A DNA stretch of 64,000 bases from Paraspadella gotoi (taxonomy: Eukaryota; Animalia; Chaetognatha), in assembly GCA_051294375.1 (NCBI GenBank), contig CM119268.1:10237607-10301606 (forward strand), read 5' to 3'. Shown piece by piece: positions 11,790 through 26,875 of this stretch. A program made the position numbers and the translations under genes. The notes under the pieces are model-generated. The model searched no databases, was not told the DNA's origin, and worked only from the letters and a program-made list of their open reading frames with translations. Positions within the stretch are counted from its first letter, which is position 1. Each line of letters opens with the position of its first letter.

Positions 11790-14789
11790 AGATGAGAGTT
11801 TTAGACGGAGAGATGAGCAGACGATTGCAGAGAACTCAACATATAAAAAAAATCTCTTCTATATATTCACCGGATTAACTCGTTTTGTTTTTTTCTTCCC
11901 TTTTTAGCAGCCCTCGGATTTTCAATGGAAAAAGTCCTAAAAATATATAATTAAATTCTTAAGGCTTTTTATCATAACAAACAAAAGGATATTATTAATT
12001 AAAAATTTTTGAATTCTAAACACCACGCCAACATCTTTATTTCAAATCTCAGATCGTTAATCATTTTTTTTCTTTTCTATATTTTTTTTTCGCCGCTTGA
12101 GTGAAAATTGTATTACCTACATCACACATCCCAGAGATACCACACTGATAAGTCACCAAATACCTAATATGGCTTACTCCTATCGAAACCTCTATCAGAC
12201 CTTGAGATGTCGGCCGCTGTGTTCAAGTCGAACAATAGCTCTCCGCCAAGCATTCCAAATCACCTTATATGCATTGTTGCCAGAGACACTCTTCATGAAG
12301 AATTCCCTACACTAACTAATTCCTACTATTTTGTAATAAACTAATGTATTAAATCCGACTCCATATATCGCCCACAACAACCTCTCAGAATTCTAACCTT
12401 TTCTACATATCTGTCTTCCTCAACCAGACTTTTCTTCGACCTCGCACCATCTGCTCACTAACGGAGGAAACAGGTATTATAGAAGGACCGGTATAAACTC
12501 ATCCTAATGAACAATCAAAGTATATTATGTATTAAAGAATCGTGAAAAATATAAAATACTTAAAATAGTATCCACCGATTTATCCTTATAGTTTAGTGAG
12601 CTGGAAGCCCGTAAGTATTATTTTATATATATCCAAATACTATATATAAGTAAAAATAAATATTTTATTTTTAATAAAATATTTATATTTTGTTTTTAGT
12701 ATCGGCCGATATCTGGATAAAGTACACTTGAAGATCAAGCTTCTACGCATGAGGAGGTTTATTTCCTCCAACTAACTACTTATCTCCTTTCCTCTGGATC
12801 AATTTTCGTCTATAAAAATTTTCCACTTATTTCACAACCAAAACTTGAATGATGATGAGTCGATACACTACTCTATCTCTCTATAGGTATTACTCTCTAT
12901 AATTCTTCTAAACCTATTTTCACTCATATAAAACGTTTGAAATATTATATCAATTTAAATTTATAATTTTATAATGTTTATAATTTATAATTTATAATTT
13001 ATAATTTATTAATTTTATAATTTCTCACCTACACGCACTACGCTGTTGTCTCTGTGCTATTTTCGCGCCCAGGCCTACTGTATCTTCAAAACTATTAATA
13101 CTGAATATATTTTTAAAAATAAAAAGTTATACTCTAAAAAAATTAACATTCATAAGTCAATTTGGGATTATAAAAGGGGCGGGGCATAAAAACAGTATAA
13201 TACAACTGTTAATTATGCAAAATAACTACAATCGCTTTCACTATTGCAATAAAACCGAAAGGTCATTCTATTCTCATCATGCTTGCTGTCTGCCCTTATC
13301 TTCGCTTACGCTCATCTCTGTCTTCTCTCACCATCTTGATATCCCCCCCTCTCTCCCTCTCTCTCTCTCTCTCCTCCTCTCCTCCTCTCTCTTCATCGTC
13401 CCTCCTCTCCCTGCTCTCTCGTCGCAACCAGCGCGCACAATATATAAATCGCGTATGAACTTCGACAAGCGTTCACTGATAATACACTGGAAGAATTAAC
13501 CTCAATCCAACTTTACTCGCGTTTGTGAAATTTAATTTGCAATCTGTTCGTTTTCTGGTTCCTCTTAAATTCGCTCCCAATTTATTTGCCTTACTATGGC
13601 CGGCGTATTTCCTTCCACACACCACACCTACCGCAAAAGGCTTCCTCTAGGGCTTCGCGATATTTACCCGCTGAAGGTAGTTTGGTTCCTCCCCCCGTAA
13701 ATAAAAAAAAAAATCGAAAAAAGAGAAAGAGAAAAAGAACACACAAAAATCAGCAAAAGAAAGGACAAAAAGAGTAGACGCAAAAGAAAAGATAAAATCT
13801 GAAAGGCACACAAAGTTTTGACCCAAACGAAACCTCCTCCGATCCCGCCCAGATTCCGGAAAATTCGAGACTGCGCCCCCTAATGAACCCTGCCGAGTCT
13901 CGGAGCGATTACCTACTTGCACATTACCCTTCGGGAGATGGAAGGAAAGGAAACCCCCTTCTGGGGGGGGGGGGCGGGAGAAAAACCTTCTCTTTTAACA
14001 TATCGCCGACTCTCACTCACACTATCACCTATTAGGTACTTTCACGTCGTCACCCTCCACTTCTTTTTTTTCATCCAGTGATAATCTTCTTCTTCAAAAA
14101 AAATAAAAAAAATTGGAGATGGGACCTCCTGTTCAAGTTGGTTCATATTAATATTTATTAAAACAGAAAAGAACCAACAAATATACACTCATGCTTAGCG
14201 TATGAATCCATCGAGTAAATCGTAGACTTGTAGACTCAGATGTTTCTGACGCCATGATGGCCAAACATTTTTCCCTTCCCTGATCGCGTACAGAAATGCG
14301 CTCGAAGAGCCACAAGTTCTTTCCATATATTTCATTGCTATTTTTCGATATATCGAAGTTTGTTAACAAGCTTTCACTAAATTTCTCAACGGACCCCAAA
14401 AAGCACGAAAAGAATACTCACGGGTAGTAGCAAGTACCGAGCCGTACATATATAAAAAAATGATACCCCAATTTTCCATAAATAGTTCCCCTCTTAGGAA
14501 AGATCTTGTTCCAGATTTACTAGACAATAGTAATACTATTATACACTACTCTAGATAATATCTATTTATAGAATTTTAAAATATTTCCGGACATCTTCCC
14601 TTTTATATTTCTTCTTTCCTCTCCTCCCCCAGATTTCTCTCTCAAGAAACTCTTACCCGACTTACCTCCGAGTCGTAAACTTACCACGTTTCATCCTAAG
14701 CGGGATAAGTGGTTTGGGTTCTCAGCCCGTTCTGGTTCAAGGTCCGTCAGGCAACGCACATTTTTTTGCTTTTTAAAGAAGTTGAATTT

Positions 14790-14839
<50 letters not shown>

Positions 14840-16335
14840 TTTTTTTTTTTTTTTTTTCTTTTTTTCCCTTTTAAAGAATGAAAGTTTCTTGAATGAATCC
14901 GTGTGAAGTTAACTATTTTTTATTTTTTTTTCGTAATAAAACAATTTCGTCGGGAACTAAAAACCACTCACGTCATACTTTAAAAGATTTAAAAAAAAGG
15001 ATTTAAAAGATCTTTAAAAAACCTTTCCTTTTTTTCTTTTTTTTCTTTCTTTCCTTAATCTTTATCTTGTTTTATTCTTTCTTTTTTTTTTATCTTTTAG
15101 TCTATTCTACACCAATAAGTGTTCGTTATTTTGAATTGCACCTCATCTCTCAACACAACTCTTCTCTCTCTTCTCGTATCGATTCTCAGTCTCTTCCGCC
15201 TCCCCCGCGCTCTCCCATCCATACCCCCGTGGAGGTAGCCCAATAAGCCGTCTTCCCACTCCTCTCCTCTTCCTCCCCCTCTCTCCCCACCTCCCCCCCC
15301 CTCGCCCATCCCTCCCCCTCTTTCCCCTCCTCGCGCTCCACACTCACGTCACCGCCCCTTCTCTCCCCCTCCCCTCCCGTCCCCCCCCCAACTCCACTGT
15401 CCCCCTACTCCCCTCAGTCTTCCCCCTCCTCCACTCCTCATTCTCCCCTCTCCTCCTCTCACCCCCCCATTCGATCTCCCCCATGATCGAGCACGAGAAT
15501 CAGACGCTCAGTGCAGTGAGCCCAGGCGATCGCAGCACGATTGCCTGCTCCACGCTTCGTCGTCTCGGTTCCGTCTCCTGACACGCACATACGATGCTAT
15601 GCTTCATCGTCGTCTACGTTCTCTTTTGCCTTGTCGGACGACTTCTTTCTTTCATCTTCTTAGCCACTCGGGTGCGGCGTCTGACTGTACTCGGCACTCC
15701 CACAATCTTTCCTCGTCTTTCCTTCTTTTTTTGCTTTCTCTTCCTTTTTTTTCTTTTTTTTTCTCTTTTTTCTGGAATTGGAGTTATAGATTTTCTTGTC
15801 GCTTCTATAATCCCTCATCTTTCCTCTCTGTCACATTTTCTTTCCAACGTATGGAATATAATTCCAGACTTCTCGCTTTCCTTTATACATCGATAGGACG
15901 TTCCGTCCGTGAGCCGTGAATTTCACAAACCACCAAAGTACGCTGTCATTCTCTTTGTTTTCTCGCTGGGCTGGTCTTACTTTGGGAGGACGTCCTGCTT
16001 CTAATTCTTTATTTGGATCTGATTGAATTCTTCGGCGGGCCAGGTCGGCCTGCGTCCGTTTTCTTGCTTAGATCCGCTCGATATAAAACTTGAGTTTCCG
16101 GTATATCCAATTCCGCATAATTTTATTGTCCTTTAATTCGAATTCTACCATCATTTATGTTTCTTTCATACGTTTTTTGATTATACCTTTTTATTCATCC
16201 TCTTTCGCGCTCCGATTGACATTGAGGCCCGATGAGCCCTCAATATAATCCCTCTCTCTCTCATCCTCACTTCCTTCTCTCGTCTCTCTCTCCGTCTCTC
16301 TCTCCTCTTCTCGTCTCGTCTTCTCTCTTTCCTCT

Positions 16336-16367
<32 letters not shown>

Positions 16368-18730
16368 ATCTCTTCATCTCCTCTCTCCCTCTTCATCCCA
16401 CAGATAAAACCATCAACACTGGTTTTAAGCTATCCGGAATTGGTTTCCTCTCTTTATTCTTGGTTTCCCTCGAAGTTTAACGATTTTCGTGGTACTTTTT
16501 ACGTCTTTCCGTTTCTCGTCTCTCTGTCTGTTCCTATAGATCTGCGATTTTACTATCTCCACTTATTTTTTTTTTCCGGCGTCTACAGTTATTGGCGCGT
16601 GGTCCGCATTCCGCTGTTGTTCTTAGTATGTTTGGTTGTTAATATGTTTAAGGGTTGAGAGGGCTATCGCTCTTTAGCTCCGTATGGTGCGTAATGTTCG
16701 GAAGGCGAGAGGAGCGGCAGGATGGACGGACCAGTTTGATTACTTGTTTCGAGCGTCTCTCGGCGTCTCATGATATCGGCAGACCTGTGAAACCGTGCAT
16801 ATAGGGATATACTCCGTTATTGATCTATTAGGATGTGTCACTTATTTAATTTTTCGTGTGGGTATATGTTCGCTCTTTTACTTTGTCTCTCATATTAGTT
16901 CATATCAAGGTTAGGTGATGGTATTATATATTTTGCAGGATAACATAATAAGATAATGGAAATTATTAGTATATGTCAAAATGGAATATTTCATTTCGTG
17001 CTGGATCTGAAGAAATCGTCAGGAGATCATTCTGTATTTAATATTTTTTTTTATGGAATCACATAATATGAATATAACATTTTATATACCAAAATCTCTG
17101 AAAGACGATTCAGAAAAGCTCCTATAAATGATTAGAGTAGAAGAAGGACAAAATGATCAAAATAGATCGAAGACTATATATTTACTTGACTGTCAAATAC
17201 CAGTTCTCTGTCTTTCTCGTCTCCTTCATAAAAGAATAAATGATACCTAAATAATATAATGTACAAAACATGACAAAAATGAAAAAGTAGAGATAATTAT
17301 AACAGTGTAGTCGGACAAGCATTGCTAGGTTCACTCCTAGTAGTTCAGCCGCCAATACCGAGATAACCTTAAAAAACATTAACCAAATTTTGCTTTCTTC
17401 AGATTTTTCGGTTATCTAAAAACGGGAAGGAGACACTATATTGAGTAAAGACACATTCAGAAATTTAATGTTTTTATCAACTTTTATTTAGACTGAAAAT
17501 CATAGCGAATCTTCTTGAGGCGAGAAATCAGGTGCCTACCGCTGAGAAGGCGAGCCGAGTGCGTCAAATTCATCGAGTCGGTTATTTCACACACATGCGG
17601 TAACTCAATCTCATTTAGTTGGAATTGGGGCTCGATACCCCGCGGATGTTCGGTGGGGAAGGGCAGTAGGGACGGCTGGGAAGTGGCCGAGTTCCTGGAA
17701 GCCTTTGAGAAGGGGGGCATGGCAACACGGGGTGGCCTTTTGGCGAGATGGCCTGTGAATTTGGTCGGGCTATAGCCCAGGGGGAGACCGTTTTGGGGCT
17801 GGGTGTGCGTCGGTTCCATTCGGTCGCTTGGAAGAGGGGGTTATATAGAGTAATGTTGAGATGGCACAGGTCATGCTGTCAGACCAGCGATACTAGCGCC
17901 TTATCCACATAACATATATATCATATAGGTTATTGTATCTTCTACTCATCTTTGTCTCTCATTTACTTTCTTGGTCTCTCTTTCTCTGCTCTCCTCTCTC
18001 TCTCTCTCTCTCTTTCTCTCTCCTTCTCCTCTCTCTCTCTCCTCCGTCTCTCTCTCTCCGTTCCCTTCTCCTTCCATGTCTCTCTCTCTCCACCTCCTCT
18101 TTTTTACTCTTTCTCCCCCTCCCTCGCTCCCCCCCTCTCTCTCTCTTCTCTGTCTCACAACGGTTTTTCCCCGCGACGAACACGACTTCCCCCAAAAGCG
18201 AATTTGTTCGTCTTCAAGCTGCAAGAATCTCGTCCCATTTGCGAGAGAAAAGAATTCGGGAATCGAGGAATTTCAGAGGACAGGAATTCGAGAAAAGACA
18301 TGAAATCACGAGGACATGGTATTCGGGGAAAGACATGGAAATCACGGAGGACATGGTTATTCGGGGAGGAGACATGGAAATCCACGAGGACATGGTGTAT
18401 TCGGGGAAAGACATGGAATTTACGATACGTTGAATTTACGAGGACATAGAATTTAGGAGGACATTGAAGTATTGTATAAAACAAGAAATTTACGGGACTC
18501 AGAAAGACATAGAATTTTCAGGCGCGGGTAAATTTTATGTTCCTTATATGAAGTATGTCCTACATGTCCTACATGTACATGAAATTCGCAGAAAAAGAAC
18601 ATGAAATTATAACATATGAAATTACAAAATGTTAGAAGAAAATAATAACTTTTCTCACTCTCAAACCTCAATCACATAAATGGATTTCGTTTAGTTAATA
18701 CTTTTAGGATTTTCTTACAAAAAAACGTAG

Positions 18731-18821
18731 GCCTCGGTAGCGCGGGAGTGAGCAGCGCGTCAGTCTCATAAATGTACAAGTAGCAATCTGAAGGTCCGTG
18801 AGTTCGTCCTCACCCGGGGCA
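18731..18821 (+). tRNA. Error-containing copy of the first intron-containing tRNA-Met(CAT) (likely assembly duplicate, or pseudogene)
   Basis: Same flanks and near-identical intron as 28144-28230, with several single-base indels in the D, variable and T arms; lies in the noisy part of the large duplication. Confidence 0.6.
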
Positions 18822-19532
18822 ATATTTTTCCCGCCATTGCCAATTTTTAAACCGAAAAAATAAAAAGAGAGAGAAATGCTTCTAGATAACAATAAAATCT
18901 CTAAAAGTAAATTATGTATGTATGTATGAAAAAAAATCCGAGGGAGAGGTTAAAGTGACAAGAAAGCAAAGGACAAAGAGATTGAGAGACAAAATCTTTG
19001 TCGCGTCGACGAAGCGTAAAAGCCGGCAAAAGGCGCGGGACGATTTGTTGCTCGACGGGGAGAAAATGGGTTTAGTGAAAAAAAAGGGAAAAAGGTCGTC
19101 AAAAATCCGCGACGTCGTCGTCGCGTGTCGTCGTCGCTGTCGTCGTCGTCTGTCGTCGTCCGTCGCTGTCGGTCGTCGTCTTCTATAGTCGTTTCTGTCT
19201 TCGACGTTGAGAGTCGTCATCTCTTTGGTTTGTGTCCACTCAGGCGACCCTGTCATCGTGTCGTTTCGTCGTGTCATCGCTATTGTCGCTTTTTTACGTC
19301 TTTGTAATCACTAATCATTGTCGTCGTATAAAACGCAGGTTTTCCTCGATTTCCCGCCATTTTTCTTTCGTCTTCTGTAACGACGTGGAGTCTCGACCTT
19401 TCCGTATGCTTGTTCTTTTTTAAGTGGCTCTAATCTTGATTGCATGTTGCTCGAGTTTTTTTTTAGTTTTAGTATATTTTAGTTAAACATCATAATTTAA
19501 TACTTTGATAAAAATTTCCCAACGTTTATATC

Positions 19533-19614
19533 GCCTCGAGCGCAGTAGGCAGCGCGTCAGTCTCATAATGAATAAGCATCTGAAGGTCGTGAGTTTCGAT
19601 CCTCACCCGGGGCA
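19533..19614 (+). tRNA. Error-containing copy of the second intron-containing tRNA-Met(CAT) (likely assembly duplicate, or pseudogene)
   Basis: Same flanks and intron as 28931-29014 with small indels. Confidence 0.6.
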
Positions 19615-19639
19615 TATGTTACTTTTTTTTACTTCGTCT

Positions 19640-19788
19640 ATAGTTTAGAATTCTTCCTTTACAAAAAAATATTTTTCAAGTTCACTAACGCTGATGAAGG
19701 CTTGAAATGAAGCCGAAACATGTCTGTTTTGAATTAAATAAAAACGTTGTCAAAACTAAACTCAAACTGTCTCTAATAGTTTAGAATT
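19640..19788 (+). mobile_element. Duplicate copy of the hammerhead-bearing insertion (ribozyme about 19679-19735)
   Basis: Identical hammerhead core and the same ATAGTTTAGAATT repeats (19640-19652, 19776-19788), inside the large probable assembly duplication. Confidence 0.55.
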
Positions 19789-22700
19789 AGAAACGACAAT
19801 CGAGAAACTTTTTTAGTCTTCGAGTTACATTGTTCTGCTTTGGCATTACTCCATTTTTTCCGTCTTTCGTTTTGATGATTTTCGTTGTTCGCGTCGTCTT
19901 TGTCACATTTCGTTGTCGTTTCATTGTTCTCATTTTCCTCGTCTTTCCCAGAGAGTGTCGAGGTTCGTCGCTCTGCCTAATTCATTTCCTACCACATCCC
20001 GGTTTGCTTGATGCTCACCTTTGATTCTCGCGTGAAAACGATGAATGACGACGCACGACGAACGACGACGCGAGATGATGAGATGATAGTGATGATGATA
20101 TGATGATGATGATGATTGATTAATGTTTATAGATGTTTGATGAGGTAGATGGTTGGATTAGATTGTCAGCTCTCTGCCTAATTGCGCTTGCTCGGATCAA
20201 TTGGTTACTCATTCGGGAGGAACATCCTTTGGGCGCGTACATTATTCAATAGCGAGCTTCAAGGCTTTGCCAGAGGATTTGCGTCGCACAGATTAAATCT
20301 TGGGCAAATTGGTTACGCTCACTGAATTCTGAATTATCGCTAACGTCGACGCTAGAGGACAAGAGAGTGTGGCTGGATTTTCACATTATCTGCTGGCGGA
20401 GAGCTGCAGATGATCATACGCGTAGCAGCGTCCCACCAGTGTTGACTACGCGTGACGCGACTCCAGGATGTTACCTCTTCTAATGCAGGCATCTCTTGTC
20501 GCGAGTAGCACCGGTTCTGCTATACTGGCTCAGGACTCACTAATCAATAAATCGGATTCGCGGAGTACCTACATCGCTCATCTCGCGAGGCGGAGAGACT
20601 CTTGGGAGCCACGAGCGCCCATAGCTCCGAAGGGAGCAGGGCCTACTTGGTCGAGACGAGTTGTGGTCAGGAGTCAAACCGTGTTGACGAGTATAAGAGG
20701 TGAAGCGTCACCAGAAGAGAGACGTGACGGAAATGAACGCGGGGGATTGGGCGTACGTCAACCCGGGACGTAACAAGTTTTGGCAGCCGGTTGACGGTTA
20801 TTTATGTAGTGTTCGTGCTGCATTTATGTACATGTGTGACGGGAAGGAGAGGGGCGTGAGTGAGCGCTGTAGATATGTGGGCTGAGCAAGAATGAGGAGA
20901 GAGAGAAGAGAAAGAGAGAGGAGCAGGAGAGAGCCAGAAGAGGATGGCAGAGAGTAAGAGAGATGAGATCAGTAGCGAGGAGGTAAGAGGTAGATGTATG
21001 CGAGGAGAGAAGAGAGAGATGATTGAACTTAATTCCACCACTGAACACTCTTATATACGGTTCCTGGTAAAGGGTTTGACTTGAATGAAGTATGGATTTT
21101 ACAAATAATTTTGGTTTTTTTATATTAAATAATATAGTGGTTAAAAAAGGATATGTTTGCGCAGTAAATGACTTAAAATCGCAATTCAGTTTTAAATAAT
21201 TTTTTTACTTGACCAATTTTTCTATACCTTATAAATTTTTACATTTTTATATATTTAGCTTAAAAAATATACAGACTTTGGTGAAGAATGTCTAACACTG
21301 GATCTATGGGGAGGGGTAGCTAAGGAGAAGTTTTATCTGGTCGCACTCATCAAAGGCTGTTAAGTTTAATCGCAAAGATAGCCGCGCACTACAATATTGA
21401 CAGTACTCCCGAACCCAGATTTCCACCTCTGTGCGTCCGAGACGGTTGAGAAACGTAAAACATTCTCTCGACAGGAGATTTAGATTGAGGCTCTTNNNNN
21501 NNNNNNNNNNNNNNNNNNNNTTTCTTACTCTCTTTCTTCTTTCTTCTTTAATTCATCTATTCTTTCGGTCCTCTTATCCCCGTTTTCTTTTCTTTCTCCT
21601 CTTTACTTCTTCTTTCCCTTCTCGTCTTTAAACTAAACTGCCCGCCGTTCGAAAAAAGAAAATAAAAAAAAAGCCCGGAACTGAAACACTTTTAGTCTGA
21701 GAGCCCTCTAAAAAATAGGACAAATTCCTCCGGTTTACATTCTTCACGATTTCTTCACATTCCACTTTCAACATTTTCAAAATTTGGTTTTTTTCCCCGG
21801 AGTGGAAGCCGCCTTCCCAAACGCCTCGAGTCTGGAAGCTTGACAAACGTCGGCGACGACACACGACCGACGACGAACGAACGCAACAATTACCAACGAG
21901 GAACACAATAACAACCTTAAGGGTTTCCAATACGACCATAAAAGCAACAACCATGACAAAACGGATGCTTTTGCCGTCGTCGATGACCTTCACCTAATGC
22001 GACGACGACGACAACATCAACGGGAATTGACACAAACAACGACAAACAACAACGAGAATAACAACGACACGACATCTCACGTTTCGCCGCCGCGTCATTC
22101 TCTCGTCTCCCATAAAAAAAAAATTTAAAAATTCCGATATTTAGAGAACTTTTTAAATGTTTTCCCACCAAGCGACAAAAAAAAATTGTCCCGCCTTATT
22201 TTTTAATTATTCTATCCGCATTTTTCTTTGGTAGATGTGAAAACGTCATCCGAGGACTGACGTAACTGTGAGCGGTGAAGTATCGATCAAATGAATTAGA
22301 GGAATTCGTACAAAAAATATATAAAAAAATATCCATTTAGATATCTAGCCTCCTTGAACTTTTGACAGGCTATTGCAGATTTTAAAAAAGCCTTCATTCC
22401 TCTCTTCCTCCGCGTGCTAATAGGATTGTCAACCGAGTGAGGACTATTAATTACTGCCGCCACAACTAAGTAGGAAGTTTTAAAAATTGTAACAGAATCT
22501 ACGTACACTTTCAGGGCGTGTCCCATCAGAATTTAGCATTCAGGGAACAAGTTATTTTTGATTCTTTTTTTTAACTCGCGTCTAGGATAATTCGACGCCC
22601 TTACGCAAGTTAGACAGAGAGAGAGAGAGAGAGGAGAAGAGAGAAAGAGAGAGAGAGAGAGAAGAAGAGAAAGAGAGAGAGAGAGAGAGAAGAGAGAAAG

Positions 22701-24773
22701 AAGAGAGAGAGAGATGGAGAGACGAGACGATGAGAGGAGAGTAAAAACAGTTATTTGCTTGGTTGTTGTATGCTTTTATGCTCCTGACGATAGAGCACAT
22801 CTTATGTAACACAATTGGGTGAATAAGCAAAGACGAGACAAAAAAAAATGGAGGGAGAGAGAGAGAGAGAGAATATTTACAAGAGAGATAGTAGTAGAGG
22901 AGAAGTGACAGAGAGGAGAGTGAGAAGAGGAGGGAGGAGAGTATAGAGATTATGAGAGAAGAGAAAGAGAGAGGAGAGAGAGAAGAGACGAGCAGAGAGG
23001 AAGAGAGAGAAGAGAGAGAGAAGAGAGATGAGGAGGAGGAGAGAGAGACGAGAGAGAGAGACCTGAGAGAAAATCTTGGTGTTGTATTCTTTTTATAGCT
23101 TTCCTGACGTGAGAGAGAGAGATGAGAGAAGAGAGAGAGGGAAAGGAGATGAGAGTAGAGAGAGAGAGAGGACGAGAGAGAGAGAGGAGAGAAGGAGAGA
23201 GAGGAGAGAGAGAGATTGAATCGTGGCCCGCCCTGGAAGAGGATTGTATTAAAGAGAAGATGATAAATTTCATGATACGAATTTCCGACGAAGATGGAAT
23301 TGACGACGAGATAAAAAAACCATGCGGATTGAGGGTTGACCAATGAAAAGATTCGCCAGAAAATGCGAGAGAGGAGACGAGAATGGCCGTCGAAACAACC
23401 GACGACGACGACGACGACGACGATGAGGAGAAACAATCTTGTTTTTGGATGATTGTTTTCCAGCCCTACGGGTACTGTTTCCGTTAATTCCCATATAATT
23501 TTTGGTTGGATTACTCGAAAAAAATTACGGAATCATTTGTTTCCTAAAAGGCAATCGAAATTTTTTACATAATCAGACCAATGTCTTGATTACCATAATC
23601 CTCGTTTTCTGTTTTGTATGCATCTGACAGCCCGTAAAGTTTATATGAACAAAAACACCTCATGTGTTAAAACAATGACATAATAAAAAATAAACTAAAT
23701 ACCACAATGTTGCTATCCGTGGAGAGGCCCAGCGCTTACTTTTTTGTTTTGCTGACTTAAATAGAGTTTTGAACTAGTTTGAAACGCGAGAGTGGAGTCA
23801 GACTTTTTGGTATTATTAAATGGTTCAAAGCTGTTGTCCTTTCCTCAAACTCGGACCTCATCATTTTCCTCTTCTTCTCTCAACTGGAAAATACCTTTTT
23901 CCTCTGCCACCTCATCCAATAAAAAATATTTAAAATACCGATCAAAAACCGCCGACCGTGGCGATTTCCTCAATCGAGATGCAATATTGTATTTACATTA
24001 AGCTAAGTAAACATAACGTCTTCGACCAAGACTTTGCCTTCGGCTACTTCATCGTTTGCGAGGACGACGACTACGACGACGGACGAAGAACAACAAACGA
24101 CATAAGGGATCTCGCAAAAAGCAATACCGTTAGAAGAACGAAAATTAAAATGCCGAGGGGCGAATTTATGAACAGCTTTTCCCCTCTTTTCTTTTCCTTC
24201 TTTTTTTTTTCCTCTTCTTTTTCGCGTGTTCTGGTTTAACTAAGGTTTATTTTTTTCGGCTTCAAAGAGGAGTTTGCGCACATGCTCGGTAGGATTTCAA
24301 AAAAAAAAGAAATCGCAAAGAAGGAAAAAGGAAGAAAAGGATAAAGCATTAGAGGGGAGGAAAAAGGACGGGAGAGAGAGAGAAGAGAGAGAGACGAGAG
24401 AGAGGAGAGAGAGAGAGAGAATGAGAGGAGGAAGAGAAGAGAGAGGAGAGAGAATGTGGAATGGCTTACGCTCGCGAGCTAGAACAGGGAAAAGTCAACG
24501 AAAAAAAAAGGGAAAAAAATCACTTGAGGAGATTAAAAGGAAAACACAAGTGGCGGAAGAAAAAAAAGGAAGAAAGGAAGAGGCTGTATGAAAACTAGTG
24601 CCTAAGGAAGGGACAGAAGAAAAGATTAACAGAAAAAAAGTTAGAGACAGAGACGGAAAATAATTAGATGAAATGAAGAGAAAATGAAGTCGACAAGAAG
24701 AAAGATGAGAGAGAAAATGGAAGAATGAGGTATTAGGGGATTAAGGGATTAGGTGATTAAGAGACGAAGAGAG

Positions 24774-24836
<63 letters not shown>

Positions 24837-26843
24837 TATGAGAGATGATAGACGGAGAGATGAGAGACGATGAGAGAAAGCTGAGAGATATAAAAAATCT
24901 CTCTATATATTCACGATAACTCGTTCTGTTTTTTTTCCTTTTTAGCAGCCCTCGGATTTTCAATGGAAAAAAGTCTAAAAAAAAAAACGAAATGAAATAA
25001 AAATTTGAATCTAAAAATTTCAAATCGAATCTCATTTTTTTCTTTTCTATATTTTTTTTCCCGCTTCAGTGAAAATTGATTAAATACAGAGATAAAGAAG
25101 TACTATATGGCATCCCGCTACGCCGCGCCGCGCTGTGTCAAGTCGACAAGCTCCGCCAAGCAGTCCCAGGACCAAGCTGTGCCGAACGGAATCGAATTCA
25201 CGACTTTTGAATTCGTTCGTCCGCTATCGCCTTAGATCCCCTTTCCATCTGTTTCCTCTTTCCAGACTTTTTTCGCGACATCTGCTCACTAAGGCGGAAC
25301 AGGTTACAGAAGACCGGTATAAATATTATTAATGAATTTATTAAATATCGTAAAAATAAAAATAAAAAAAGATTTATGAAAATTTGCAAATTACTTGTTT
25401 CACTATTTTTCATTTTTCTATTTTAATATTTTAATATTTTTATGAAGGATTTAGTATTTAATCTATATTATTTATTCAAACATATTCTTTTTTAAAAATG
25501 TTTTATTTATCTAATAATACAATTTGGGAAGGGGATCTTATAGTTTAGTGCATGGAAGCTGTTTTATATTATCCAAATACTATATAATGTAAAAATAAAT
25601 TTTTTTTATAAATATTAATTTGTTTTTTATCGGGTTCTTATAAAACTTGAAAAGTTAGATAAAGGTTATTATTACAACTTTTTGGAATTTTAATGATTTG
25701 TCTATAAAAATTAACAAAAACTTGAATGATGATGATGATGATGATAATAATTTTTTAAGGTTTTTCAAATTTTAACCTATTTATCATTAAAATTTTTGAA
25801 ATTTATAATTTATAATTTATAATTTATAATTTATAATGCACCGCGTGGTCCCGTGTTCCTTCCCAGGCTCCGCGTTGATGATACTGACCTTTATCTAACT
25901 TTTGAATCTTTAACTGAATACATTTTTAAAAATTAAAGTTTCTTAAAAAATTTGTAAGCATTTCCTATATATTGTTAAATATTAAAATGCTTCCAGGAAT
26001 GAAGAAAATGAATTTAATCAGTATTTAACATCATAAGTCAATTTGGTTGTAAAAGGACAAAAGACTTTTATTGCAATCTGTTTCATATTGTAAAAAAGTT
26101 AAATTCTGGTCCGCCTTACTGCTTTGTGCTCACCCTGCAACCTTGTCCTCTTCGCGCCTCAATCTTCACTTTCTCTGTCCCCCAAATACCCTGGTCCCCA
26201 ATCCTTCTTCCTATTCCTTCAACTCCCAGACCCCCTTACCAGTTTCCCGTGTCGCATCCCAAATCACCAAATTCCCTATCGCCAATCCCCAATCCTCCGA
26301 TCGCCCATCCCCAATCCTCGCACATCTGATCCCCCAATTCCAAATCCCCCGATCCCCGATCCGTAGAAATGTCGAAGACGAAAAGATTCATGGAATCGAA
26401 TTCGTCCTCTCGATCTCCCCCAAAATGAAGCGAGAATCAGACGCCAGCTGACGGCAGATGCCGCCCGTCGTCGTCGTCGTCTTCCTCATCGTCTTCTTCA
26501 TCGTCGTCGTCGTCGGCGACTTCCTCATAGTCGTCGTCGTCGTCGTCCCCCACATCGACAGATTTTTATTTGGCGTCTTCCTCTCTTTTTAATCCAGCTT
26601 CCTTATTTCGCTTTCCACGCTTTTTTTTTTCGCGGCTACTTTGTAACGTTGGACTGATGAACTGGCGCCAGGCGCCTGCGTCCGTTTTCTTGCTTAGATC
26701 CGCGAATAAAACTGAGTTTCCGGTATAAATCCGATAATTTTATTGGCTTTATCTCGATAATCATTTATGTTTCTTTCCGTTTTTGATTGATATTTTTATT
26801 CATTTTCCCCCGATGACACTTGAGGCCCGATGAGCCCTCAATA

Positions 26844-26875
<32 letters not shown>

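Noticed and set aside
20100-21060. Apparently unique GC-rich sequence and ORFs
   Set aside because: It is an insertion-riddled version of 29530-30130, consistent with uncorrected long-read error.
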